64,000 nt of DNA, from positions 106,082,001 to 106,146,000 of the forward strand of contig OZ286462.1 in NCBI GenBank assembly GCA_965644265.1, read 5' to 3'. Shown in pieces: positions 51,245-64,000 of the stretch. The notes below the pieces were generated by a model. The model did no database searches. It had not been told where the DNA came from and worked only from the letters and a program-made list of their open reading frames with translations. Origin of the DNA: Glycera tridactyla (taxonomy: Eukaryota). A program made the translations under genes and the position numbers. Each line of letters begins with the position of its first letter. Position 1 is the stretch's first letter.

Positions 51245-51735
51245 GATGGATCGATTGATTCATCGATCGATCGATGAATGGATGGATGGATAGATGGATG
51301 GATGGATAGATGGAAGAATGAATGGCTGGATGGATGGATGGATGTAGGAATGGATGGGTGGATAAATGGCTGGATGGCTGGCTGGCTGGATAGATGGATG
51401 ATTGAATTGATGGAGGGATAGATTGGTTGATGTATGGGTACAGAAATGGATTGAGGGATGGCTTATATTTTCATCATTTTCTTATATCTCCAAATTCAAT
51501 GAACAGCATAGAGGGATTCGTTGAAGTGGACAGGTAGAATGCGAAATCGACATATGTTGCGAATATGTTTCAATGTATCAGACATTTTCACCTTTTTCGA
51601 GATAGATGGATGAGGTTGATGAATGAGTAAAGAAAGGGTGAATAGTTGGATGAATGGATGGATGGATGGATGGATGGATGGATGGATGGAATGATGTATT
51701 GATGAATTGTTGGATGGTTGGGTGGATGGATGGAA
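51245..51735. repeat. (GGAT)n microsatellites (51245-51440, 51640-51735)
   Basis: Direct reading. Confidence 0.92.
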
Positions 51736-51974
51736 GAATGCTTGATATTTCTCCAGGATGATGTAAGACGAAAGGGATGGGTTGGCTCTGAACGATATTA
51801 TCCACCCAACAAGTGGACTATGGAAAATATTTCGCATAGTTATTGGTGATTCTGGTAATTTTCATATATCTGGTAACAAAAATGCTATTGACTGCCGAAC
51901 AGAATTCGTCTGCCAGAGAACTTTTAATGCCTCTTGCCAAATTCACAGGATGAATCTTCTACATACAAGTAGCA

Positions 51975-52056
51975 CACACAAACACACATGCACACACACA
52001 CACACACACACACACATACGCACACACAAACACTCACACCCGCATACACAACACAC

Positions 52057-52098
<42 letters not shown>
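51975..52098. repeat. (CA)n microsatellite
   Basis: Direct reading. Confidence 0.95.
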
Positions 52099-52102
<4 letters not shown>

Positions 52103-52189
52103 CCTTCGATGAACCCGTCAAACTTCAAAAGAAGGCTGGTATTACTAGTGGATCATCAGTGATCCATTGCCATGCTTTGAGGTCCTGAC

Positions 52190-52360
52190 TTTAGCTCCAT
52201 TGGGGTCAATATAAGGTGGAGGCTTACACTGGTGTTGAAGATCAATGGTGCTAGTGGTGGTGGAGATGGGCGCTACAATATCGCCATTTTACTGCACCAC
52301 AGATGTATAATGCAAGCTTTTGCTCACATTAACTTAACCCTGAATTATGTATCTAACTAA
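52190..52360 (+). pseudogene. Ig-domain C-terminal remnant
   Basis: LTLVLKINGASGGGDGRYNI...AFAHINLTL resembles E-F-G strands. Confidence 0.35.
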
Positions 52361-52485
52361 CACATACAAAATTTGTGGATATATCGTCATCCTTAAAATG
52401 TATGCCAATGTTGTCTGATATTGCAAATCGAAATCGAGTAAAATCAAGTGTGTTGGAAATTTGTAGAAATGATGCATGGAGAGGA

Positions 52486-52597
52486 CCGACTGACCGACCG
52501 ACCGACCGACCGACCGACCGACCGACCGACCGACTGACGGACTGACCGACCAACAGCCTGACCGACCAACTGACTGACCGACCGACTGACCGACCGA
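52486..52597. repeat. (ACCG/ACTG)n microsatellite
   Basis: Direct reading. Confidence 0.95.
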
Positions 52598-53191
52598 CAT
52601 ACCATCGACCACATTGATCAATGACAATCAGCGATACCGACCATCAGTGATGTGATATTGAAGATTGCCAATTGGTCGAGGGATTTAGGGTAATCTGCAT
52701 TCAAACTTGAGTGAAGAATGGACTCAGATGGCGAGCAATTGACCCCTCTCCCCTCCGGAGATACAGATGCTTCAGATCTTGCTTTTCTGCCCTCTTTCAC
52801 GACTGATATATGGACATGATATATGTGTATGTCTAGCAGAAATTCCTAAAGTCTGGTTAGGGCACACATACCTTCGCGTGCTCACACATGCACATACGCA
52901 CGCACACTACATGTACAAGGGTAATTCGTCTGTGTCAGCAAGTCATACACTCTAACCTGTCATCCTTGCAGACATTGGCTACTCTCAGTGGTCGAGGTGA
53001 TACTCAGGGCACAGTAAGTGAACGATGGTATACTGCAGAGAAAAATGTGGCATTGATTACATCTCAGTGATCTTGATAAAGCATTGCTAAGGGTGCTATA
53101 TACATGCCAGCTACAACTAATGCCATGACGTTTATGAACCATATGAGGAACATAAAGTATTATGCTCCTGACCTTCCTGGGTCACGAGCAG

Positions 53192-53558
53192 GTGAAAGGA
53201 TACATGGGGTCAGAACCAGTAACACCTCTTGTAGCAGCATTCATCATCACGATATCTATTGTTACTGCTGCACTGATGCTATATGTTGGATTCAAAGCCT
53301 ATCTTCTCTTTCGCAGGATGTGGTTTATTAGAATCAACAGCAGGCATTGAGAAAATTCAGCAGAAGTTACTCCACCAAATCACCGACCCTCCAATGTATT
53401 CCATCTGCGAAGACATGTATATGAGTCCACCTGATCCAACTAATGGCGGGGTTTCCGAGTGCTTGTTGGTCGATTATACCATCTCTCAGCGTTCTAATTT
53501 TGCTATATTGAATCCCAACCATTTAGTTCCATGCCATTGTCATGTCAGCATAGACTAG
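53192..53558 (+). pseudogene. Transmembrane segment and cytoplasmic-tail remnant of a type I receptor
   Basis: PLVAAFIITISIVTAALMLYVGFKAYLLF-RR hydrophobic run with basic stop-transfer; stop at 53348-53350; downstream frames contain Tyr motifs (MYSIC, YMSP, HVYES). Confidence 0.45.
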
Positions 53559-53987
53559 TGATGCTCCAGATGCTTGACATCAGGGTTTTCCCTGCTTTAT
53601 AAAACCTTCTTCTTCACCAACTAAGCCTTTTCTCATTGGTTTTACCACCTGAGCCTCATCTACTAACTCTGCGAAAGTCACGTTCATCACGTGATTGTTC
53701 GAATCGCACCCCGAAGACTGACGTACTTGCTGTGAAATCATTGCGTAGAACGTTTTATTCCTTGGCGAATGGAGAAACGTCAGCAGCTTTGCCACAAGGC
53801 GGCGGCGCTGCGATCGCGATTAGTTTCGGTTGAATCCGCTAGGAGGGCAGTTTCACCCCGCAAAATTTGTCCTCTATACATCTCGACATTATTCCACTCC
53901 AACAACTGCGATCTTTGCCTGTACGTCTATACTCGTCTCATAAACAATACTATGTGCATGTGTGTGTGCGTGCATGTTGTGAGCATA

Positions 53988-54018
<31 letters not shown>

Positions 54019-54193
54019 ATAAATTGTCATGATATTGTAAATGCTATTTTAATGATGAATTTTATTTGATTGTTGATCGAAGAATTGTATGCATATGCGC
54101 ATAATACGACCATTTGGTCATGTGTAAATACGTTGTAAACATATGCAATGAACAGTTTTGAATCCTTGAATCCTCGAATTTACCTAGATATGC

Positions 54194-54408
54194 CAGGGCT
54201 CTATCTTCGCCAAATTATTCAGGAGCCAGCTGGCTCCTAAGTTGAAGTTTTTGGTAGCCAGTGCAAAATTTGGGTAGCCAGTAAATACATTACCACTCAC
54301 AACTTCTCAGAAGTTTAGATGTGGCAGGCTCCTGCCTTTCAGAATATGGTAACCAGAAGGTATATTTGGTAGCCATTAGCTATCCACAGGTAGCAACATA
54401 GATCCCTG
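54194..54408. mobile_element. hAT-like MITE, 215 bp
   Basis: TIR CAGGGCTCTAT / rc CAGGGATCTAT; TATGC repeated on both sides (54189-54193, 54409-54413); internal ggtagcca repeats. Confidence 0.65.
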
Positions 54409-54629
54409 TATGCTATGTTTTTTTCTATTATCTCAGACATTATAGGCAATTCTCGAGCCCAATCACCATATTCACACTTGTTTGAATCTAGGAAACAAGC
54501 CTTTGAAATTCACAGAATGACCCAGTACCACCTAAGCCTCTCAGACAATCAGGGAAAACCCTGTCGGTTGTATCAGAAGACAGATCATATTTTTCTAAAT
54601 GACCTACCTGGTGCTGACACCATGTGAGA

Positions 54630-54835
54630 CGAATCATGATAACAAATCATAATAACAAATCATGACAACGACTCATAACAACAAATCATAACAACAAATG
54701 ATAACAACGAATCATGACAACAAATCATGATAACAAATAATAACAACAAATCATAACGACAAATAATAACAACATATAATAACAGATCATAACAACAAAT
54801 CATGACAACAAATCATAACAACAAATTATAACAGA
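54630..54835. repeat. 13-bp degenerate minisatellite
   Basis: Unit tcataacaacaaa. Confidence 0.9.
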
Positions 54836-57292
54836 CTAACCACATTCTTCATCTATGACATTTTTCTCTCTCATTCGCCATATCCTTCTTCGGTACTTTG
54901 GTATAGTTTTGTTCTCCAAAACCATTGGCATGTTCAACAAGCTGTAATCTGACATTCAAGCCTAAAAATGCCTTGTGGCGATATTCATTAAATGGGAACT
55001 TGGAAAGCGGGTGGGCTCAGGTAATACTCTCCGATATGTGGTGTCGGTTTTCCAGATTGCGCATCAATCCATACAGGCGCGAACAGCTCAACATGACGGA
55101 TTATTCATATCTAATTAGAAATCCGATTAGGATCAGAATAATCAGATCTAATGTGACTAGTGCCAGCTTGTACGTGTTCATATCAAATTTCTGCTCACGA
55201 ACATGAATAAAAATATAGCAAATGCTTTGGGGATCTGGCCACGGTTAGAGAAAAACTAGATTGACACTTCGAAGCAGAAATGTCGAGTCTCTTGTAACAC
55301 CACAAATCTCATTCCATTCGTCCATCGATATTCCATTTTCACGATCTCTTCAATTATCCTGAGACAATAAATGTCAAGAGCGTTCGGTGAATGCGAGCCT
55401 CCCCCACGTATGTCTGTTGCCGCAACAATTGATTGATCATATCAATGAGTCGGAAATTGGACACGATGAGTTATGTATGTGTTATTTTACTATATTCTAT
55501 AAGTGCATTCATGTAACCAGTATTTCACATTATGTGCGTATTCAATATTATGTGTAACTGTCAACTTGTGATGTGAATATTTATGGGATGGAAATGAGGA
55601 GTTTTTCTCATCTCCATAATAAATTTGAAGCCTTTTTGAAGCCTTTTTAAAGCCTTTGAAGCCGGGTAAGCCTTATGCTGTCTATCTCGGCATGACCAAA
55701 CAAGCAACAAACCATGCTGCCATGCTGCCAACCAAATTTATAATCAACCAAATCACTGATCAACCAAGCCACAACCAAGCCCCACATTGAGCAATGATGA
55801 ACTGCACAGAAAAGCTAGGAGAACATTGATTTTTCTCCCGTTTTCCTGATTAATTCTGGCCTTGTCCTACTTTGGCCGCAGGTAGGCATGAGGAAACCTG
55901 AGACCAGCAATAGTAGCAGCGCTAGCAGTAATAACAGGCGTGAAAGTAGCATTGTTGGTACAATTCAAACTCAATACACCAATTTCATGTCATTTATCAG
56001 AACAACATCAGAAAAGTACTCATCTCAACTAGGAACACTGGAGAAGTATTCATAATGACGATATCAATAGTGGTAGTTATGATAAAATAACGATCGAAAG
56101 ATTAACTATTTCTGAATCTTTGCTGATGATAATGATCAACAATGTTCTATTCAGGCCATCGAAAAATACTGCTCATGAAAATCGAATATTCATCAGTTGC
56201 CTGGCTTAGTGAACTGATCCCACATTCAAAGAGTAACACAGAATAATGGTGACCGAAAATATCTGATCTCGAGGAAGCTCTGTGAATTGATCCCGCTTCC
56301 TCAAGGTCACACACTATTGCCAACATTCTAGAAGTCACCTTAGAGAATCTATGGATTTCCAAAATTTCATTTTCCTGTCCCAAAAGAAGAGTCTCGAGGT
56401 ACCGAACCTATACCCATATCCATGCACATGTGTCTCAATATAGCTAGGATGGTGCTTACAGGAAGTAAAACAGAAAAACCGACCAATCAAGCAACTCAAG
56501 CAGTGGTATGTCAGTCATGACAGAGGCATTTGGAGAGAGTAAATCGAAACGCACTTATCTTCGGAACTCTTGTGTGGTTGAGAGGATTGTTGATGTGACT
56601 GGGAAGATGATCATACATCAGAGAGCATGGTGAAAGGCAGAAGATTAGTGATGAATCACATTTGATGTCAAACATTGACAGAACGCAGATCAGCCGCAAG
56701 ATTGAAATGGATTATATAGTTTGTCTGTATGGAGCGGATTCAGGTTAATTCGGACTGGTGGAGGTGCAGCTGACCAACTTTGGGCAACTGTATGTCATGT
56801 GAGCAATGCCACTTGAACTTTCACTGGTCAAACATTTGAATATATATTTCAAGTCTTTCGAGGACATGAAAGACAGAGTCTTCAATGATGATTTTATGTA
56901 TCCCAATTCAGCGCAGTTGATACCAACACAACAAAAATGAACAATCAACCAAATGCAAGTAGATTCGATTTTTCATTCTTACAGGTAACATCCCCTCTAT
57001 CTCAAGGTATAATGGACATATTGCTCGAATCTTTGAAAAGATGGGGGATCAATGAATCACTATTCGCATATCACCATGCATAATAGAAGTCTTGTATTTG
57101 GTCTGGATGAGTAGATTTGTGTGATTTGCTGCCGTAAATTAGGTTGGTATCAAGGTGCTGTTAGCAAGCTAATCCCGAGGACACCAACAGCAGCAAGGTC
57201 AACGACTCGTGATGATGGATGACGCAATATTATTCAGTGAGGCCTAACTGTAGTGGCTATGACCATAATTATCTCGAGTAATACCTCAACCC

Positions 57293-57559
57293 ATGGCTGT
57301 ATTCGCTATTGTTTATCATCCTGTTCATTACTATACCGACAATGAGGAATACCATATTGATGAACGACTGAATGGTTGGTATGATGGTTGTTGGCCAGGT
57401 GAGCTCAACAACGTGATCAAATCCAAGAGAATGAAATATGATTTTGTGTTTGAGTGTGTGTGTGTTTCCACAGATTTTTATTTAGCGTTTGGGGCAGAGG
57501 AAAATTTTGATTGGCTCTCTGTCCGATGTCTGGACTATGTTGGGATGCCCGTGCAATGA
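57293..57559 (+). pseudogene. C-type lectin domain remnant
   Basis: GWYDG-WPGELNN (EPN-like site), ECVCV, FDWLSVRC (W-x-D-x-x-C-like). Confidence 0.5.
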
Positions 57560-58799
57560 TCATGGGTGCGATCACTCAAGACTACACTTCCCGAGGAGCT
57601 TAACATTTATGAAATTCACAGACACTCAAGGTGTCATTTCTGGTTGGACTGAGAAGAGAGAGAAGGCATCTTGAAAATTCTAACTATCCCCATCCAATTG
57701 GTTCTATATAATATAGCCAAAGGTTTGCTGATCAGATGAAGATTGACCCGACAACCATTCAACTCATGGTATCATGTATGCCAGAGATCAATGAGAGATG
57801 ATTGACATCTTCTGTAAGCTTCACATTCCACGAGACTGAAAACATGGTTGTTTGTCACAGATTTGGACATGTAGGGAAAATCATCAGTCGAGACATTTCT
57901 CAGCTTTTCCCTCAGGCTATCCTACCATGTGTGTGGCTGAAAGTTCACATATATGTCCAGAGGATCTCAAATGGAGATTCATGTTAGTGTGAGAGTGGTA
58001 AAATATTTCAGCACTGTTCACTTAGGCTATCAATCAGCCCCAAGGGTATTTATTCAACCTGAATGTCAATACCTACCTGTTTCTTCCTTAAATTATGCAT
58101 CCTCAAGCTAGCAATAGTCATAGAAGTGAGTAATGGCAGGTTTATCAATTTCCATACACATAGTAAATCACTATCCAACAGATTTCATGGAATTTTTGGA
58201 GACGACCAATGCTTTTAGCGTGATCAAGTGCCCATCATGGACGCTGAGCCATGCTGAATGGGGTTCACTTGTTCTGCCATTTCAAGCAAGTGGTTGGTAT
58301 TCAAGCCCCAGTTTGCTATGAATGTGTTGCTTTCGATTAACGGAAACTTCTGCCTAGGTCTTTGTATCAAGGATTCAATCAAATTTCATGATCTGATTGG
58401 ACTGGCGACACTCGTATCTATCTCCTCTCCGGTAGAATAGAAATTTGTTTGACCAAAGAATCCTGAATATCGTTACGGTTGAATTTGAGTAAAGACGCCG
58501 CTCAGAATTGAAATTTCTCACAGTCCAGCGATGAGAATTTCTCATCCTACTTCTTCAGGAAAATGGTTGGTTGGTTAATTGGTTGTTCAACGTTTCATGG
58601 GCACCATCTTGGCTGTATTGGAACGCCCACCCAATCGACAATGGTGAGATCATCGAGCACGTCCAGGTCCCCGAGGGGTTCTTCCAGTAATCTTCAACTA
58701 AATACTTCCTAAATACATTGTTTGTATCCAGTCGGGCCTTCCCACACTCAAAGATGTGCAAAAACAGCAGATACGATTGGACTTACAGCAGGGTCATTG

Positions 58800-59340
58800 A
58801 TGTGATGGTCATTGAAAGTTAATCGCGAATGCATATTTGTACTGTATCTCTCTGAAGTGGATATGCTCTTTCATGCATTTGCCAGAATATTGATATCGCC
58901 TGCCAGAATTGTGGCTGCATGAAAAGCGCCTCCAGTTCTATGTATTGATATAGACGGAGAGTTCACAAAGAGAGAACAGTTTTTTATATGATGTGCGTGG
59001 CATTGACTGAGGTGTCATACTCCAGGTCATAATGTTTGATCCTCTTTTGATAGCACAGAGCATGAAGTTGTTGGGAAGGTTAAGAAGCATAGCTCCATCA
59101 ACCATACGCGATAGCACAGTAAGAGTGCCTAAGTCTACCTGCTCCCAACTCAATATTGTGTACATTCTGAGCAAGGGGCTTCCTACCCTGCTCCTTACAG
59201 GATTTTTTGAGCAACAACCATTTCTTAGCAACCAACAGATTCCCCCTTGCAGCAGTTTGCAGCATGGTGCGGCCATCGCTGCGGTGTAAATACATAGATG
59301 TGGCTCTCCACACAAGACTGGTGGTGGCCATTACAATCAC
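58800..59340 (-). pseudogene. Ankyrin-repeat remnant
   Basis: DGRTMLQTAARGNLLVAKKWLL, GRKPL...LGAG, GAMLLN, SVNAT, GDINIL; part is an inverted paralog of 43790-43960. Confidence 0.6.
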
Positions 59341-59607
59341 TGTTGCTCAAAATGCATAAGGTAATGAAATTTCCCTCATGCATCAAAATTTCCACATGTT
59401 TTAGCTTAGCATCTATTTTGTTTCAGAATTTCTCTTTCAGAGATTATCGGATTATTTGGGAAACAACAGATATGCTGTAGAGTAGGACATGGAACCTCAC
59501 TTCATGCCAAATGGTGCAATCTGATTGAAATGCCATCTTTGGGTAAATTGTCCTTCATTATGGTGGTGAATTATGTCTGCAATCAAACGGAAAACACAAT
59601 AGGCTGC

Positions 59608-59660
59608 CTTCTTCTTCTTCTTCTTGTTCTTCATCTTCTTCTTCTTCTCCTTCTTCTTCA
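59608..59660. repeat. (TTC)n microsatellite
   Basis: Direct reading. Confidence 0.9.
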
Positions 59661-62600
59661 TTTCCTCGTTTCTACTTCTTTCTTTCCTCCTGTCCCATCT
59701 CCTCAGCATCTTTTATTTGTGTGTGTGATGGGATCCCAGTATCGAATACAGAACATTGTCCATTTTGGTCACGCTCCGTTCTAGTCCTTAAGCAGAAGAT
59801 GGAAATCAAATACATTTTTATCCAGCTGTCAAATCTGTTCAGAAATTTAGACACTTGAAAAGCACTCGATTAGAGATACAGAACCCACTTGATTGCTGGT
59901 GACATAATCACTCCTGTGGAGCATGTCAGCTAGGGAGTCTGGTGGATCAGATAGAGCCTGTTATCATTATGGTGACAATTTCAAATGTCAAGATGCCATC
60001 TCAACGATCCAAACAATATCTCTCATGGGCAGCATCCCTCATGCTGGCTGACTTAATGAAATTCACCTAATTCCCTTCGTGTCTTCAACTTGGTTTCACT
60101 GATCTATGAAATATCCGAATTATTACCAAGATAGCTGATTTCGTAGGAATGGGATTGAAAATTGATATTTCAGTGAGATGACTTGCCACAGTACAAATCA
60201 TGCATATTGCATCACAGGATAATTGGATTTTCTGTGAAGAAAGCACAGGTGAATCTTCATTCTACCAAGATCAAAGGATTCAGATACAACTTGATATTCA
60301 AGTCAATAGAAAAGATAAATCAGATACCAAAGGGATAATGAATCAGTGGCAAACACATCAATTGTGTAACAGATTGATGGATTTCTGAAATGGACTATCT
60401 GACTTTCCGGCCGTTGCTTGGTGTCTGAAGTGAATCTCTCACCTTGTGAGGATGATGGATGTCTAAAATGGATTATTCATCTGATGAGGGTTGATAGATG
60501 CTTGTGTGCAATACATGGTGTGGTGGGAGCTTCCTGATACTTGATCTAATCGTAAAAGGGCTGCAACTGCAGCTAATTGGAGAAGTCGTGACCAGGATAG
60601 AGGTGAGAGGATGCCTAGCGTATGGATGAATCATATGCTACTCTAATATTCAACGATTACACTCATTGAGTCTAAAACATGGAAAGAGACAAGAGCTGAG
60701 CATCACCAGGTCTAAATGATGATGTAAGCGCCTATCTGGGATCTGATTTCAGCGGTGGTGCCATAATAAGTGACTAAGAATCAGCTACTCTCCTCCGCCT
60801 ACACACATATTGGAGCACAAGAAAGGAGGGTTCAAAATTCGATCAGAGCAAGAGGGTTGAGCCTCGCAAAGATATGGATCTATGACCCCAGTATCAGGAA
60901 GATTGCAACCCTTGAGCTATGACAGTAATACTTAGCATCAGTCCAACCGGTTGCACGGACAAACAAACAAATAAAGAAATTATATAATGTGTGTGATGGC
61001 AATTTGATGGCGATTCTACCTTACTACTATTTAGAACAATGACATGTACATTTCCTCCTGTTGGAGGATGGCATGAATTTTTGATGCCAAGGGTCAAGGA
61101 GACTGATAGTTCTGCTCTTGCGTGAAATCAGAGCAATTTGCCGAATTCACCAACATTGTTTTTATATACAAATTGTGGAGATTGGATAAAGCAGCATTTC
61201 TGGTTTTGCCAAGTATCGCTTGTTCATCCACACAGCTATTTGGCCACTGATCCTAGTTCTAAACACAGAGACTAACCAATAAGCTAAAAAAAAACCTTGA
61301 TTGAACGCAAAAAATCTCTCCAATTTGAGGCATCAAAATACATCCATTGATTATAATGATGATGACATTCCCCATCTTCTGATGAATATTCTATATTCCC
61401 CTCTAAACTCACATCATCTCCCAGTTTCACCAATTGAACAAAACTTTGAAAACTGTAAGTCCAGAAAATCAGGTCCACAAAGCTAGCTGTTTGTGCTATT
61501 CAATACTTACCCGAGGTCTTTTCCCTGTGTGTCCCATAATTATGGTGATTTTTTTATCAGCACTTCTACTATCTTCGTCCGTTGCGGAAATGCGCGGTAT
61601 TCAATTCAATTCAACTATGGGATCGAGATGTTTATCAGAAGCTGGTCGCTACACTCAGAGCAGTACAAGACACGAGGAGACAGTATTCGCCTACATATAT
61701 GCTGTTCGGGTTTCCAATTCTCCTGAGCGAACAATGTAATTGAGATTGGTGGTATCATTCCATCTCTGTCCAGAATATCGATGGGTTGTTTACTAGATGC
61801 CTCACCAATTATTTGTCAGACAGGTCCGATTGCTATTGGGAATTTATTGATCGCCAGTTTGGGATTCACAAATCTACTTCAACTTTCCCGAAATTTCAGG
61901 GGAGCCTGCACGAAGATGTCCTCGAATGCATTGGTAGTAAAAATTCAGTGCTCGACATGATTGATTTGAAGGAGCATGTGAGTTGTGAGTGAGGATTGTG
62001 AATTTTGAACGATGTATGTCTGGTCGTGGATATCCATGTTTTGCAGTAGAGAACGATTACCACAGAGTATGATAATGGACTTTGTACAGAAAGTTCCACA
62101 AAAAGAGTGAGATTGTTTCCACAGTGGTAGAATGCTTTATTTAAGAAGTGTCTCCGCCGAATGATAGCATGACATCAATATTCTGTATCACATCCATGAG
62201 CATCATCGACCTGTCAACGAATCCTGATCAATCAGCCTCCTAAGTGTAGTGACTACAAGTCTCTCTACTCATCCCCTCGACCTCACCCAATCTCCTCACT
62301 CTCTGTTCAGAGAATACTAAGTAGGGGACACATTATGTAGGGCAGGGCATTGGCTGCAGATGATGTCATGGTCATGACATGAAGCTAAAGTTGGCAGCGT
62401 GAGCCCGGAGACTATAGTGCGCTGCTGCTGTTGTCTCAAATGCTAGATTGATTGATTAGTTGAGTAGTGAATTTCACATCAGTTGCGGGTGCATGAGAAT
62501 TGGCACCAATCAGTGAGGAGTTATACTTGTCTCAATTGGAAGATAATAGCAGAGAGATACGAACAAAGTCTGTCTCAGATATATGGAGTGTCCATGCTTG

Positions 62601-63048
62601 ATTCCATATCGGGAATCATCGGTTTTCAATGATAGCCAAAGGTCAGTGTACAAATATTGGAGCGATAGCTCATCTGGGAGCATTTAATGAGTCATATCCT
62701 CTCCACTCTCTAAGAGATGAATTGATAAGGTTTCTAAAGACAGGCAAGAACTGATCACCTCTTCACATTCAAAAAATTGCTCAATCCAGTAGATAGAAGA
62801 ATGAATGCACAGTCAACCAGTTCTACTAATCCAGACACTTCGAGATGTAGGTTAGACTACATAAATTTGTTCCATGTTTTCATGGTTATTGGCTCTTTTG
62901 ACCAGCCTATAAAATGGCCACAATGTTCAACGTTAGTATGATTGCACGGAATCCATGAGAAAAACCTTGATTTGAATGACTGCTGATGTGGGGAAACTGA
63001 GTGCAGTTTTGTGGATCATCAAATAATGACTGGTCTCATTTCGTATAG

Positions 63049-63261
63049 GGCTGTGATGAATTGCCTGGTCTGGGGTCTGATAAATATTCTGAGGGCGTGT
63101 GGAAGGCACTTGTTAACTGTTATCAGAATCAGCCTAACTATAACTCAGCAGTCCATGACAACATGTTTGAATATGTCATTGCCAATCATCAGAATTGGCC
63201 CGGTACTGATTTTAAGATTTATGGAGATGTTTCCTGTACCATGCCTCATTATTACATTTGA
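63049..63261 (+). other. Possible coding exon of unknown product
   Basis: Acceptor-like ctcatttcgtatag then open frame GCDELPGLGSDKYSEGVWKALVNCYQNQPNY...; no family recognised. Confidence 0.2.
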
Positions 63262-64000
63262 ATTAAATGATCTTTCAGCAAATCAATAATAATGCAGGTA
63301 TGAAACTCAATGGCCTGTTGATTCTTGCATGAAACGAGTGATCAAATGAGTGATGCAAATCAGCAACTGCTTGCACAAATTGTGTTCTAAACGGCATTAT
63401 GACATATTACGTCCTCTTTGGGATCTGCCATCAGAATATTCGACCAGTGCTCTGCATTCTTCTCTAGCTTTCTTCGTTTCTCCTTATATTTATGTTTCAG
63501 CATTTTGGGATCCTGGTCATCGAAACTTTGACAATTGAATCACTTACCTTCTTAATCATTGGCTAAAGGCTAGAACACCCTGGAAGAAAATCCTATCTTC
63601 TCAATGTTCAATTGATTTCCCATTATAGTTCTTGGTCTACCAAGCGTCTATTGGCCGACGGCAGCGCTGCCGTGACCTCTTTTGGGGTCATCTAGCCTGA
63701 ATAGAAACTGATATTTGGAATTTTCATTCCATAACTCTCAGGAAATATTCTCTGGGTCATAGTCAATATACCTGGTAAATCTAAGCTAAATGCATTGACT
63801 ATTCACAACAATATGGGCAAAGCCTTTGAGGGTGTCATGTCCCGGAAATGGCTGATTTTCCCTCATGCATATACCATGGATATTCAGGCCGATTCCCAAC
63901 TGTCCTTGCTACCATGGCAACCACAATTGATGCCTTTCATTCAAAATTATCTATCACGTACAATGTACAATCCCTGCAGCAAATATTCATTTGCTGCTCA

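Noticed and set aside
9000-59400. Endogenised large DNA virus as source of ankyrin/Ig/lectin/GPCR fragments
   Set aside because: No viral core genes seen, splice-acceptor-like sites are present, and the pattern is local duplication of decayed blocks.
61700-61920. Leucine-rich-repeat remnant
   Set aside because: Only loose L-x-x-L-x-L-x-x-N resemblance across frames; not supportable by eye.
63658-63695. Helitron 3' end (16-bp palindrome ACGGCAGCGCTGCCGT then CTAG)
   Set aside because: CTAG is ~18 nt downstream and followed by C rather than T; no matching 5' end identified.

Overview
This is gapped draft-assembly DNA (4 N-runs, AT-rich) from an invertebrate animal; the taxon cannot be fixed from sequence alone. 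I can support no intact host gene. Most of the window is a mosaic of old, ~70-80% identical duplicated blocks holding frameshifted remnants of rhodopsin-type GPCR, ankyrin, WSC, C-type lectin and Ig domains plus one transmembrane/tail segment. Five large minisatellites (~11% of the window), microsatellites, MITEs, SINEs and a LINE fragment are interspersed. The standout is a 7,453-bp element (36106-43558) with perfect 71-bp terminal inverted repeats, an exact 8-bp target-site duplication (GGTGAGTG) and a 22-bp subterminal inverted motif. I found no transposase in it. It carries a 27-bp minisatellite and a Ngaro/DIRS-type retroelement cassette in the order SGNH hydrolase - gag (intact) - RT, with no RNase H or tyrosine recombinase. 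All translations and identities were done by eye and domain-remnant boundaries are approximate.
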